Positions 9,852 through 21,584 of a stretch of 24,147 nucleotides of DNA are shown piece by piece (position 1 is the first letter of the stretch; the number at the start of each line of letters is the position of its first letter). The notes under the pieces are model-generated. The model was not told the origin of the DNA and did not search any database. It saw only the letters and a list, made by a program, of their open reading frames with translations. The DNA is from Octopus sinensis (taxonomy: Eukaryota), in assembly GCF_006345805.1 (NCBI RefSeq), contig NW_021824236.1:1-24147 (forward strand). Reading direction: 5' to 3'. The translations under genes were made by a program, and so were the position numbers.

Positions 9852-11405
9852 TTATGAAGTGCAAAGAAGAGTTCCAGGCAGGGGGAGGTAATAAGGGATT
9901 TCTTCCGGTATAAGGGAGATAATCGCTATATATTTCTTTTCCCCCTTTTCAATGAGACGAGTTTCTCTGTATAAATTTTTAGGATGGTAAAGTTCAGGCT
10001 TATATTTTTCAATGAAGAATGTTTCCTTGTTTAATCTAATTTGTGTTGGTGTTCCAATAGCACATTGATAGAATGGAAAGATTAAAAATTGTGGTAGTAG
10101 TTGCTTTCCGCATTTCTCAATATGGGAATGCAATCTGTTGTCGATGCAGAGTGCATCTCCGTCTGAGTGATAATCCCGTGGACCATACGTAGTTTTCGTG
10201 GCAGCCCGAGCATCTTATGACATAAATTATGTTTTCAGAAGCGCAAGTAAAATTAGATTTGATCTTGAATTTTTGTCCCTCTTTGAAAAGGAATTCTGAT
10301 CCTTCTAGAAGGTTTTGGGCATGTTGCGCAGTTTGGACTACTACATTTTTTTTACTTTTGCATCCGTAATTTCAGAAAACAATTTTGCCTTTGTGAGAAT
10401 CTTTTTAAGTGATTTAGGTTGTTTGTAGCTTTTAATGATTTTATGTATGTTTAGAATTTCCTTTAATTTGGGGTCCTTATGAAGTATTGGTAAATTCTGG
10501 GTGATGATGGTGAAGGCTTCTTTGTTTCTGGGGTTGTATGTGGATATGTAAGGCAGTATTTTCGGGGAAGGTGTGTTGTTGTGTTGAACTTTTCTCAAAG
10601 TTTCTATGTCGATTTCTGTTGCACGTCTGATCCCATCCTCTATGAGTAAAACTGGGTAGTGTATGTCAATTAGGGTGTTTTTGAGTTCTTGTAGTCTAAA
10701 GTTCCTGGTATTTTGTTCTGACACTATTGTGCATATCCTTCTTGCAAGATTGAAAGGGATGTTTGTTTTAGTGTGTCTTGGGTGGCATGAATCAAAAAGT
10801 AGGTATTGTTTGGCGTCTGTGGTTTTCTAAAATATGTCTGTTTCTATTCTTAGGTTAATTTTCTTAATCAGTATATCTAAAAATGGAAGCTCCTTTTGGT
10901 TGTACTCCATTGTGAACTGTATATTTGGGTTGATGCTGTTCAATAGGTTTTCGAATTTTAGGAGTTTATCTGTGTTTTCATTCCAGAGTATAAAACAATC
11001 ATCCAGGAATCTTTTCCAATTCTCTTTTATGTATTGAGAAAGGGGGTTTCCAAAGGTCGATAAAGATTCCTGGTATATAATTATTTCCAGGTAGCCCATT
11101 ATTAGGTTCGCAATGACTGGTGCTGCACTTGTACACATAGTAATTCCGGATTTTTTACGGTAAAACGTATTGTCAAACATGAAGTGGTTATTTTGTAGGA
11201 TGAATTCAACCGATTTAGTAATGAACTCTTTACTGATCCTTTTTGGTATTTCTTCCGGAAATTGGTCCAGCCAGAACTGTATTGCCTCTTGTCCATAATT
11301 ATGAGGTATACTGGTATATAAATTAACTAAATCAAATGAAACCATGATTGTTTCTTCCTTGACTTTTTTTTAAAGGTGCTTTAACATATCCAAGTCATCT
11401 CTGAT
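9852..11405 (-). pseudogene. Disrupted Penelope RT + GIY-YIG endonuclease ORF
   Basis: RT motifs VSFDLVNLYTSIP, GITMCTSAAP, WKRFLDDCF, IQFTME, LPFLDILI; thumb SCHP…NIPFNLARRI; GIY-YIG-type IKSNFTCASENIIYVIRCSGCHENYV (~10185-10270). Broken by stops and frameshifts (ORFs 10827-11345, 10341-10724, 9852-10133). Confidence 0.9.
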
Positions 11406-11474
11406 ATGACTATCGATGCCTGGAACTCTTCTTTGCACTTCATAACGAAGACATGACACGATGTAGGTAAAGAC

Positions 11475-11517
11475 ATTTGAAAAATTTGAAAAGCTTACAC
11501 GAAACCGGTAATTTCTC
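11475..11517 (+). ncRNA. Second copy of the U3-A8 hammerhead, in the inverted pseudo-LTR
   Basis: GAAAAAT-TTGAAAA-G cttaca C-GAAAC-CG-GTA-ATTTCTC. Same core, with one mismatch in stem I and one in stem II. Confidence 0.65.
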
Positions 11518-11702
11518 CCAAAACTATGTTACTATATACAAAATTTTATAACATTTTTCTAACATAACGACTTAAATATATTCTTTAACCTTATAAAACA
11601 AGCCTTCTGTAGTTTTTTCACTCTTTTCTATTTTTTATATATCCAACAACGTGGATTTCACACACCAACATTCTCACCTATATATATATATATATATTAT
11701 AT

Positions 11703-11754
<52 letters not shown>

Positions 11755-11861
11755 CTACATACATACATACATACACACACACACATACACACACACACAT
11801 ATATATATACATATACATATGTATATATATATATACATAATATATATATATGTGTGTGTGT

Positions 11862-12165
11862 GGAGGCGCAATGGCCTAGTGGTTAGGGCAGCGGACTCGC
11901 GGTCGCAGGATCGCGGTTTCGATTCCCACACCGGGCGTTGTGTGTGTTTATTGAGCGAAAACACCTAAAAGCTTCACGAGGCTCCGGTAGGGGGTGGTGA
12001 TCCCTGCTGTACTCTTTCACCACTCTTTCTCCCACTCTTTCTTCTGTTGGCCTGCTCGCTTAGCCAGCGGGGTGGCGTCATTCGAAGGCTAAAACAATGC
12101 GAACGCATTGTGACCAGCGATGTGTAACAACATCTGATGGTCTGGTCGGTCACGTGATCACGTGA
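11862..12165 (+). mobile_element. tRNA-head SINE (head A + tail X)
   Basis: TGGCCTAGTGG A box, GGTTTCGATTCC B box, colinear with 3682-3970. Confidence 0.8.
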
Positions 12166-12840
12166 TATATATATATATCGTTTCCTTGATACTAGATTTC
12201 ATGTGTAAATAATCGGAGTACTACTTGCTTCTCTGCGATCGGTCAAATGATGTATACATCTCTGATGAGACCTTGATAAGTATCGAAATTCGATGAAATC
12301 TGTGGGTTATTGCTCTCAAATATACGGAGAAATATATAGCTACAGCATGGGCGTGTGTGTGTGTGTGTGGCGCGCTCGAGCGCGTGTGTGTGTTATAATT
12401 TAGATTCAGCAGTAACAGGTTGTCATTATAGTAATCGGATTTCGAATGTCGGAGCGAAGAGCTACGATACATTCTCGTCGGCTATTAATGCCAACAGACG
12501 CTATGAAAAACCGTTGAATAAGAGGGAAGTTACTCTAATAGGGAGAAAAAGAAAAAAAAGATGAAAAATATACGCATACATAGAGATAAACGTCCTGCGT
12601 TCACAACGTCTACGTACGTACACAATCACAGAAACATGTATGCGTACATGCACATACACACACACAAATATATATGTATGTACATACTCATACATACGCA
12701 GATATCCACACACACGCACACATGTATATATATATATACGTATATGTATACACAACCTCACCCTCATATACACATAGGTGCTTACATACATACATGTAAG
12801 ATAATACATATGAATTTAGACATTTATACTATAAATATAC

Positions 12841-12888
<48 letters not shown>

Positions 12889-12891
<3 letters not shown>

Positions 12892-13041
12892 TGGCTGTGT
12901 GGTAAGCAGCTTGCTAACCAACCACATGTTCCGGGTTCATCCCACTCCGTGGCATCTTGGGCAAGTGTCTTCTGCTATAGCCCCGGGCCGACCAATGACT
13001 TGTGAGTGGATTTGGTAGACGGAAACTGAAAGAAGCCTGTC

Positions 13042-13091
<50 letters not shown>

Positions 13092-13303
13092 CATATTTGT
13101 GTGTTTGTGTGTGTGTCTGTGTTTGTCCCTCTAGCATTGCTGGTGTCTTTACGTCCCCGTCACTTAGCGGTTCGGCAAAAGAGACCGATAGAATAAGTAC
13201 TGGGCTTACAAAGAATAAGTCTCGGGGTCGATTTGCTCGACTAAAGGCGGTGCTCCAGCATGGCCGCAGTCAAATGACTGAAACAAGTAAAAGAGTAAAA
13301 GAG
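12889..13303 (+). mobile_element. tRNA-head SINE with CORE-like segment and internal microsatellite
   Basis: Same family as 9243-9658; cttgggcaagtgtctt motif; tail acaagtaaaagagtaaaagag. Confidence 0.8.
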
Positions 13304-13691
13304 TATATATATATATATATACAGCCATACATTCACACTCCCGCGTATATACAAACATATGCTTATCTGTATAAATGAAGGGGGCGTGCGTATAAAAGTC
13401 GCACATATGCACCAGACGCAGTCTTACGCGCATATACATATACTCATACACACGCACATACATATACATATACATATACACATTCACTCAATTTCAAAGG
13501 GAAAAGGAAAAAATGGAAAAGTATATATAAAAAATAAATAATAAAAAATAAAATATTAATGGAGGTCTCATTTTTTGTTGGTACTTTTTATTATATATAT
13601 AGTGTGTGTGTGTGTACACACGCACTTATATACACATTTATTTTGATATATATATATACATTTATATATACATACACACACATAGATAGAC

Positions 13692-13776
<85 letters not shown>

Positions 13777-14187
13777 TGCGTGGATGTATGTACATTCGTA
13801 TTAAAATCTTCATTCACTAGTAACTAATTTCTATACGGCCTGCTTGCTGTTTCGCGGCACCATTGGCTGTTCGGCCAGTACACATCTATATCCCTTTCAC
13901 TGATTTCTGCCTGGCAGTAGACTTGACTAGCTGCTGGTGATGATCCGCGATACGGTGAAATCACGGGAAACGGTAGTACCATCCGCCAGGCTACCGGAAG
14001 AATTTTGTAAACCAATAATAGAATTTCGATACCGTGTAGCATTTGCCGTCTTCACGAAACGATTGTTTCGGGAAATTTATAAAGGTCTAAACAACATATC
14101 CAAGTTAGATCGTGTGTGCTAACTAATATTTACATATGTGTGTCTGTGTATGTACATGCATATGTATATATATATTATATATATATA

Positions 14188-14274
<87 letters not shown>

Positions 14275-14278
14275 AAAT

Positions 14279-14309
<31 letters not shown>

Positions 14310-14425
14310 CAAAGAGCAATAAAGATTCAGTTATTTAAAAAAATTTACTTGATATTGGTACCTAACTTAGATGCACCAAAAAAAACTATACTGATTTAAC
14401 AATACAGTAAGTGGGGTGATATTAA

Positions 14426-14596
14426 GCGAGAAAGAAGCACAAGAATGGATAGGTTTTTAGTACGATCGTTTCATACAAGTAAAAGAGTAAAAGAGTATAT
14501 ATATATATATCTTGTATGAAAAGATCGTCTAAAAACCTATCCTTGTATGAAACGATCGTACTAAAAACCTATCCATTCTTGTTGCTTCTTTCTCGC
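14426..14596. repeat. 54-bp inverted repeat enclosing a SINE tail and a 31-bp partial duplicate
   Basis: 14426-14479 is the reverse complement of 14542-14596; 14511-14541 duplicates the start of the right arm. Confidence 0.85.
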
Positions 14597-14664
14597 GTTA
14601 TATATATATAATATATTATCGATATATATATAATATATATATATATAATATATAGTCATATATG

Positions 14665-14858
14665 ATAGATCGTTAGCCCATACACTATTTATTTCTCTCC
14701 TTGTTTTTTTTCTGTGTCCCTTTCTGTAGACGAGCGTAGGCTCGAAACGTAAAAGACTTTTTCTATTCCTGAGCGTTATACTAATACATCTGTTTGTTTT
14801 GTCCACCACCTGTCTTCGTCTTCTGTTTTTTTTTTTCGTAAACTCTCCAATAAATATA
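14665..14858 (+). mobile_element. Solo Penelope-like pseudo-LTR-type repeat with hammerhead
   Basis: Homologous to 630-850 (minus); TA-rich flanks. Confidence 0.65.
14716..14757 (+). ncRNA. Minimal hammerhead candidate (core CUGUAGA + extra C)
   Basis: CTTT-CTGTAGA-C-GAGC gtag GCTC-GAAAC-GTA-AAAG; GUA triplet at 14749-14751. Confidence 0.65.
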
Positions 14859-15268
14859 TACGACATGTGTGACTTTGAGAGTGATGTGTTGTGCATTAGT
14901 ATATACGCTCGCCTCACAATAAAACTAGGTAAATAGAGCTTTGCATGCTTGAATGTAGGGATGGCGGTTGTCGTAGACGTTAATGGTGACGGCCGAGTTC
15001 AAATTTATAGTTGTGAAATATATGGCGATGGCAATAGGGGTGGTTGTGGTGGGGGAAGTGGTTGTGGCGGCAACGGTGGTGTTTTTTGTGTTGGTGGTGG
15101 TGTTGGTGTTGGTGTTGGTGGCGATGGTGGTGGTGGTGGTAGTAGTAGTAAATATAGATAGCTAAAAATATAAGAGCCGAATCGCTTGAATGATCTTTAT
15201 ATATTGAATATACGGGACATATGTTGTGACGTATAAGTGTATGTGAACGTTTGTTGGCGTGTTTATAT

Positions 15269-15301
<33 letters not shown>

Positions 15302-15679
15302 TAATATTATATATATATATATATAGGAATATGATGAAAACACACAAACATACACACAAACACTAACTCAAACTCAACACGCACACACACGTTCAGTTTT
15401 AGAGTTTAATATATGGATACGTAGAATCGTATCACTATCATAGCAAGCTCCTCTAACGTATTCGGCTATCAGACCCACATAGTAATCCATTACAGTGTGT
15501 GTTGTAAAGTGTGGTTAAATTAATATATTGACCCCTCGCAACTCCTGACATTTTTATATTAACACACACACACACACACACACACACATGCATATATATA
15601 TATATATATATATCATATAATATATTATATAATATATATATATTATATATATATAATATATAGCGTGCGTGTGTATGTA

Positions 15680-15885
15680 TTTGTGTGTCTGTGTTCGTAC
15701 CCCCACCATCGCTTGACTACAGATGTTGGTGTGTTTACGGTCCTGTAACTTAGCGATTCGTCAAAAGACGTCGATAGAATAAGTACTAGGCTTACAAAAA
15801 TACAAGTGCTGGTGTCGATTTGTTCGACTAAAGGCGGTGCTCCAGCATGGCCGCTGTCAAATGACTGAAACAAGTAAAAGAATAA
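15680..15885 (+). mobile_element. 3' half of the 12889-type SINE
   Basis: gatagaataagtactaggcttacaaa…cgactaaaggcggtgctccagcatggccgc…aaatgactgaaacaagtaaaag. Confidence 0.75.
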
Positions 15886-16399
15886 ACGAATATGTGTGTG
15901 TGTGTGTGTGTGTGTGTGTTTGTTGATTCAAAAAGCTATAACTGAAAAAGACAGAAACATTTGAAAGAAACAAAGAGACAGATAAACAGCTAGAGAGAGA
16001 GAGAGAGGTGGGAGAGAAAGGGTGAAAGAGAGAGGAAGAGAGAGAGGAGGGAAGAGGGAGGGGGAACGAGAGAAGAATAGAGCGAGGTGAGAATGAAAGG
16101 AGGTGGAGACACACAAAACTAGTTAACGCATCCGCTTCTGTTATATTTAAGAATATGAACACAAAAACAATCTCACAGACATTAAAAGAAGCGTAAACAA
16201 ACCAACTAACCAACAAACAAACTGTAAATGCTTAACACACAAGTCAGCCAACCATTACAGCGAAATATCTGAATAACTAAACACCTTTCTGCCTCAACAA
16301 ACTTTTCTCAAATAAAATCATTTATAAACAATCGCCAAATTATAGGAAGGTGGAGAGAAAAACGCCGCTCGTAAGGCGGCAATATTTACCACCACCACC

Positions 16400-16975
16400 T
16401 TCTTCTTCTATTTCTTCTTCTTCTTCTTCTTCTTCTTCTTCTTCTTCTTCTTCTTCTTCTTTCTTCTTCTTCTTCTCCTCTTCTTCTTCTATCTTCTTCT
16501 CTTTTCTTCATTCTTCTTCTTCTTCTTCTTCTTCTTCTTCTTCTTCATTCTTCTTCATTCTTCTTCTTCTTCTTCATTTCATTCTTCTTCTTCTTCTTCT
16601 TCTTCTCCTATTTCTTCTTCTTCTTCTCCTATTTCTTCTTCTTCTTCTTCTTCTTCTTCTCCTCCTCCTCTCCTTCATTATCTCCTTCTTCTTCTTCATT
16701 TCATTCTTCTTCTTCTTCTTCTTCATTCTTCTCCATTCTTCTTCTTCATTTCATTCTTCTTCTTCTTCTTTATTTCATTCTTCTCCTTCTTCTTCGTCTT
16801 CCCTTTCTTCCTCCTCCTCCTCCTATTCCTCCTCCTTCTTCGTCCCCTCCTCTTTCTCTTCCTCCTCCGCTTTCTTCTGTTCATCTCCTCTCCCCTCGCC
16901 TCCAACTTCTCCATCCTCTTTCCCTTCTACTACCTTTCTTTCTCCCATTCCTCCTTCCTCCTCCTCCTCCTCCTC

Positions 16976-17026
<51 letters not shown>
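16400..17026. repeat. Polypyrimidine (TTC)n/(TCC)n tract ending in (CTA)n
   Basis: Visible directly; explains ORF 16350-17027. Confidence 0.95.
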
Positions 17027-17079
17027 GTTCTACTCCTATTACTTATTTTACATCCTCCTCGCCGCCTTAAAATTAATAA

Positions 17080-17252
17080 TTGTTTCAAATTTTGACACAA
17101 GGGTAGCAGTTTTAGCGGAGGAGTAAGTTACTTGCAACGACTCCAGTACTTTACTGGTAATTTATCGACCCCCAAAAAGCGGAAAGGTAAAATCAACCGC
17201 GGGGGAATTTGGGTCCATCACGTAAACCCGAAAGAGATGCCACTAAACATTT
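17080..17252 (-). mobile_element. Degenerate SINE of the 1732-1950 family
   Basis: ccagtac…actggta…ttatcgacccc…aaa…ggaatttg…atgccactaaacattt parallels 1799-1912. Confidence 0.6.
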
Positions 17253-19887
17253 CTGTAAAGTCTGAACCATCAAAAGACGAAGTGCACGGTTTTTGGAATA
17301 AAATTTGGGCAGAAGAAAAAACACACAACGAAAAGGCCCCTTGGATTGATAGAATAGCTACGGACTTGTACTCCTTAGAGAAGAAAGAGTGGGAGGGTGT
17401 CAAGGTAGAAGATGTAAGATCTCCTCTCAGGAGGTCAAGCAAATGGAAGTCTCCGGGAAAGGATAAAACTCCTAACTTCTGGTTGAATGCCTTTCCAGAG
17501 AGCCATGAACTGCTAACAGAACTTTACAATGATGTTTTGCAACACCCTAGTAGGATGCCTTCCTTGGTTAGTTAATGGGTTAACATTCCTGCTTTCAAAA
17601 AGTGAAGAAACACATTAACCAAAAAACTATAGACCCATAACCTGCTTAACAACTATGTATAAAACGCTAACATCTGTCCTGAAAGAATATACCTATAGTT
17701 TTTTAATAGACAGCAGCATATTCCCTAATGAACAGAAAGGATGTAAACGTGGATCCTATGGTTGTAAAGATCAGCTACTCATCAATAAGATGATCTTAGA
17801 AGATTGTCACAAACGACACAAAAACATGTCAATAGCCTGGATAGACTATAAAATGGCTTTTGATAGCCTACCACATAGCTGGATAAAGAAATGCATGGAA
17901 ATGTACAAAATAGTGCCTACTCTGCGAAACTTTTTGTCTGTAAGTATGAGATCATGGAGAACCACACTAACTTTGAACAGTGACGATGAATCTCTAAATG
18001 CTGGTGATGTAAAAATTTCGTGTGGCATTTTCCAGGGTGACTCACTATCACCACTCCTCTTTTGTTTAGCCTTAATACCTCTCTTAAAATTGCTCAATGA
18101 CGCACAGTACGGATATGAAATGTTGGATAAAAATATAAATCATCTCATTTACATCGATGATTTAAAGCTCTTTGCAAAAAATGACCAAAAGAATGACCAA
18201 CAACTCAAGGGCTTACTAACGATTGTTAAACAATTCAGCGATGACATCAGAATGCAATTTGGCCTCGATAAATGTGCAAAAGCTACTTTAATCAAAGGAA
18301 AAATGACAGAAACATCTAACGTTTACCTCGACCAGCAGAATGTCATAAAAGAGTTAGACCCAGTGGAGAGCTACAAATACCTAGGGGTAATTGAAGGGGA
18401 TGGAATAAGGCATTCAATGATGAAGGAAAGAATTAGGAGAGAATGTTATCGCAGAGTAAGAGCAATACTCAAGACAAAGCTGAATGCAAGAAACAGAATT
18501 GAAACGTTCAATGCATTAGCCATACCAGTCGTGACTTACAGTTTCAATATCGTTAACTGGTCAATTACTGAAATATGTAATCTTGACAGAAAATACGAAA
18601 ACTGTTGACAATGCATAGAATGCACCACCCTAATGCAGATACAGAACGACTTTATCTACCAAGAAAAGAGGGAGGCGTGGTCTTTTACAACTTGCAATAA
18701 CAATGAAGATTGCTACAATTGGCCTAGACACCTACTGAAAAAAACTCTGAGGAACTGGTGTTTTTAAACTTGTCTCAAAACATGAAAACAAGAAAGTATC
18801 ATACTCAGTAAACAAAACAGGCAAAGAAATATCTAAGTGAATTCCGAATACAACAAATTCCGGAATTAGAGATAGATATACAAGAAACAAGCACAGAAAA
18901 AGCTAAACGCATGAAAACCCGTGCTAAAACTGCTGCCTTAGATATTCTGAATGATAAATGGCAAGAAAAACCACTCAATGGCAAATACCCAAAGAGAGTG
19001 AATAATGCAGATGATGACAAAGCCCTGACCCATCAATGGCTAATGGCCTCTGAAACAGATGGGTTTAATCATAGCAGCTCAAGATAAATGCCTACCTACA
19101 AGGAACTACTAAGCCAACATATTAAAGAACGGCAGTAGCCCAACATGTCGTGTACGTCAACAACAAAATGAAACCATTGATCATGTTGTCTCCAAGTGCA
19201 GTCTTCTTGTGCCTACAGAGTATCTTAACAGGCTGCACAAAATATTAACTGGGTAATTTGCAGAAGCCTGGACTTGCCCCATGATAAAAACTGGTGGGAA
19301 CACAAACTACCTCCAGTGCTTGAAAATGACCACATCTCACTCCTCTGGAACTTCACCATTCAAACTGACAGAAAGATAGACGCGAATAGGCCAGACATCA
19401 TAGTAAAAGACTTCAGACAAAAATCACGCCTCCTCATTGATATGACTGTCCCAATCGATATAAACGTATCTGTCAAGACCTACCAAAAACTGAGCAAATA
19501 TAAAGATCTGGAAATAGAAATTGGCAAAATGTGGAGCCTGAAGAATAAAACAATATCTGTTGTCACATGTGTCCTGGGAATGATAGCAAAAGGGGCTGAT
19601 TGCTACCTAACTCAGATACCAGGAAACCCAAAAATGGCAGAAATTCAAAAGATAGTGCTCATGGGAACTGCTCATATACTACGCAAAATACTTTCTTTGT
19701 AATCTCAAGTTTTAAAACAAACATAATTTTCGTATGTTTTTTAGGCATTCACTAGTACAACACTAAGTACAAAACCAAATATATGGTACCCTAGGCATAA
19801 CACAAACATGAACTTCCAACTTGTTGTCTCTTGAGGCCTCTGGGTGAGACTTGAAGAATTGTGCAAATGTAAAGGAAAAGTCAAACA

Positions 19888-19890
<3 letters not shown>
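17246..19890 (+). mobile_element. 5'-truncated R4/Dong-clade RLE non-LTR retrotransposon with (AAT)n tail; ORF disrupted
   Basis: RT motifs NYRPITCL, EQKGCK, WIDYKMAFDSLPH, GIFQGDSLSPLLF, HLIYIDDLKL, GLDKC, YKYLG; degenerate CCHC knuckle (CRVRQ…ETIDHVVSKC, ~19146-19200); restriction-like endonuclease NRPDII…IDMTVP…KLSKYKDL. ~190-nt 3' UTR, then (AAT)n. Several frameshifts and stops. Confidence 0.9.
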
Positions 19891-19918
<28 letters not shown>

Positions 19919-19924
19919 TAATAA

Positions 19925-19963
<39 letters not shown>

Positions 19964-19965
19964 CA

Positions 19966-20405
19966 TCTGCTCAATACCACAGATTGCTTGTCAGTTGTTT
20001 GGACCTTAACCAGTTGGATGTGCCCCTTAATGGCTGACGATATGTGCATCTCTGATCAGGAGCAGAAGTAGTGGGGGAGCATCATAGCCATGTGTTGAGA
20101 GGGATTCTTGGGGTTTGAATAGTCACCTCTGGAAACATGGGTGGTTCTTTCAAAATCCTTAAACAACCTTATTCAGGGACCGTTTGAGCGGGATGGGCTA
20201 CTCAACCTGAAGAAAATTGTAACTGGGCCCCACCTGCAAGGTCATGTGCTTGTTTATCTTGATATGAGAACACCATGTCGCGCACATATGGTTGTGATGC
20301 ATGTGCCTGGTGTTACCTTTATCAGACGGGTAGTCATGATGGGTATATTGGGCTTCGTATATTTTACCCCAGTGTCACTTTGATGGCATGAACTGCTCAT
20401 CCCTC
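19966..20405 (+). mobile_element. (AAT)n-embedded non-coding element, copy 4 (~440 bp)
   Basis: Starts tctgctcaataccacag, same 3' end, sits in the tail array of the R4/Dong element. Confidence 0.85.
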
Positions 20406-20436
20406 AATAATAATAATAATGATAATGATGATGATA

Positions 20437-20482
<46 letters not shown>

Positions 20483-20492
20483 CGACGACGAC

Positions 20493-20528
<36 letters not shown>

Positions 20529-20593
20529 AATAATAATAATAATAATAATAATAATTAATAATAATAATAATCTAATAATAATAATAATAATAA

Positions 20594-21151
20594 AGTGCCC
20601 TGATGCAGTACCAGGCAGTGGCTCTCATGGCTTCTGATCTTAACTGATTGAAAGTGTTATCATGTACATTGTTTTGTCTTGGTATAAAAGATGAACTACA
20701 GCAAATATTCTGCTCAATACCACAGATTTGCTTGTCAGTTGTTTGACCTTAACCAGTTGAGCATGTCCCTTAGTGGCTGACGATATGTGCATCTCTGATC
20801 AGGAGCAGAAGTAGTGGGGGAGCATCATAGCCATGTGCTGAGAGGGATTCTTTTGGGTTTGAATGATTCACCTCTGGAAACATGGGTGTTTTGTTCAACA
20901 TCCTTAAACAACCCTTATTCAGGGACCATTTGTGCGGGATGGGTCACTCGGCTAGAAGAAAATTGTAACTGGGCGCCACCTGCAAGGTCATGCGCTGTTT
21001 ATCTTGATATGAGATCACCATGTCGCGCACATATGGTTGTGATGCATGTGTCTAGTGTACCCTTATCAGACGGGTAGTCATGATGAGTATACTTGGCTTC
21101 GTATATTTTACCCCAGTGTCAAATTTGAAGGCAAGGACTGCTCTCTAACTC
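20594..21151 (+). mobile_element. (AAT)n-embedded non-coding element, copy 5 (longest, ~558 bp)
   Basis: Starts agtgccctgatgcagtaccaggca and contains the span of all four other copies. Confidence 0.85.
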
Positions 21152-21152
21152 A

Positions 21153-21201
<49 letters not shown>

Positions 21202-21584
21202 TAAAAAAATGCTTTCTAATTGATGCATCAATACCGGCAGATGAAACGTGTCTCTAAAAGAAATGGAGAAAATCTCAAAATACAAAGACCTGGAAATAGA
21301 GATAACTAGAATGTGGAACCTGAAAAAAGAAACCATTCCTATCATAGTAGGTGCATTAGGCATGATAAAAAAATATTCAGATAAAATACATAACAAAACA
21401 CCAGGACTTACAAAACATATAAAATACAGAAAAATTGCACTACTAGGCACTGCACACATCCTACGCAGAACAACTTTCCATACAATAACCTCAGAGCATC
21501 ACAACAAATCACAGCACATACCCAAGGCACACAGAGCTGCGCTCGGTAGTGAAGTGAAAGCACGCTATAAAAATAAAACTACTG
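21202..21584 (+). mobile_element. 3' fragment of a second R4/Dong-type family (RLE C-terminus + 3' UTR)
   Basis: IDASIP…EKISKYKDLEIEITRMWNLK…IVGALGMI…LLGTAHILR parallels ORF 19274-19702, but the 3' UTR differs. (AAT)n on both sides. Confidence 0.85.

Larger units (their letters stand above)
9672..11678 (-). mobile_element. Penelope-like retroelement, 5'-truncated, with 3' pseudo-LTR (9672-9880) and inverted pseudo-LTR (11417-11678)
   Basis: RT and GIY-YIG remnants lie between two ~210-bp inverted repeats. Both ends abut (TA)n. Confidence 0.9.

Noticed and set aside
16350-17027. 225-aa Ser/Leu/Phe-rich ORF
   Set aside because: Translation of (TTC)n/(TCC)n/(CTA)n repeats.
17132-17245. N-terminus of ORF 17132-17575 as part of the retrotransposon protein
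   Set aside because: This part is antisense SINE sequence; R4-like protein similarity starts near NISVKSEP (~17246).
20594-20680. HDV-like ribozyme at the 5' end of the longest (AAT)n element
   Set aside because: I could not build the nested P1/P2/P3/P1.1 pseudoknot by eye; only a simple hairpin is evident.
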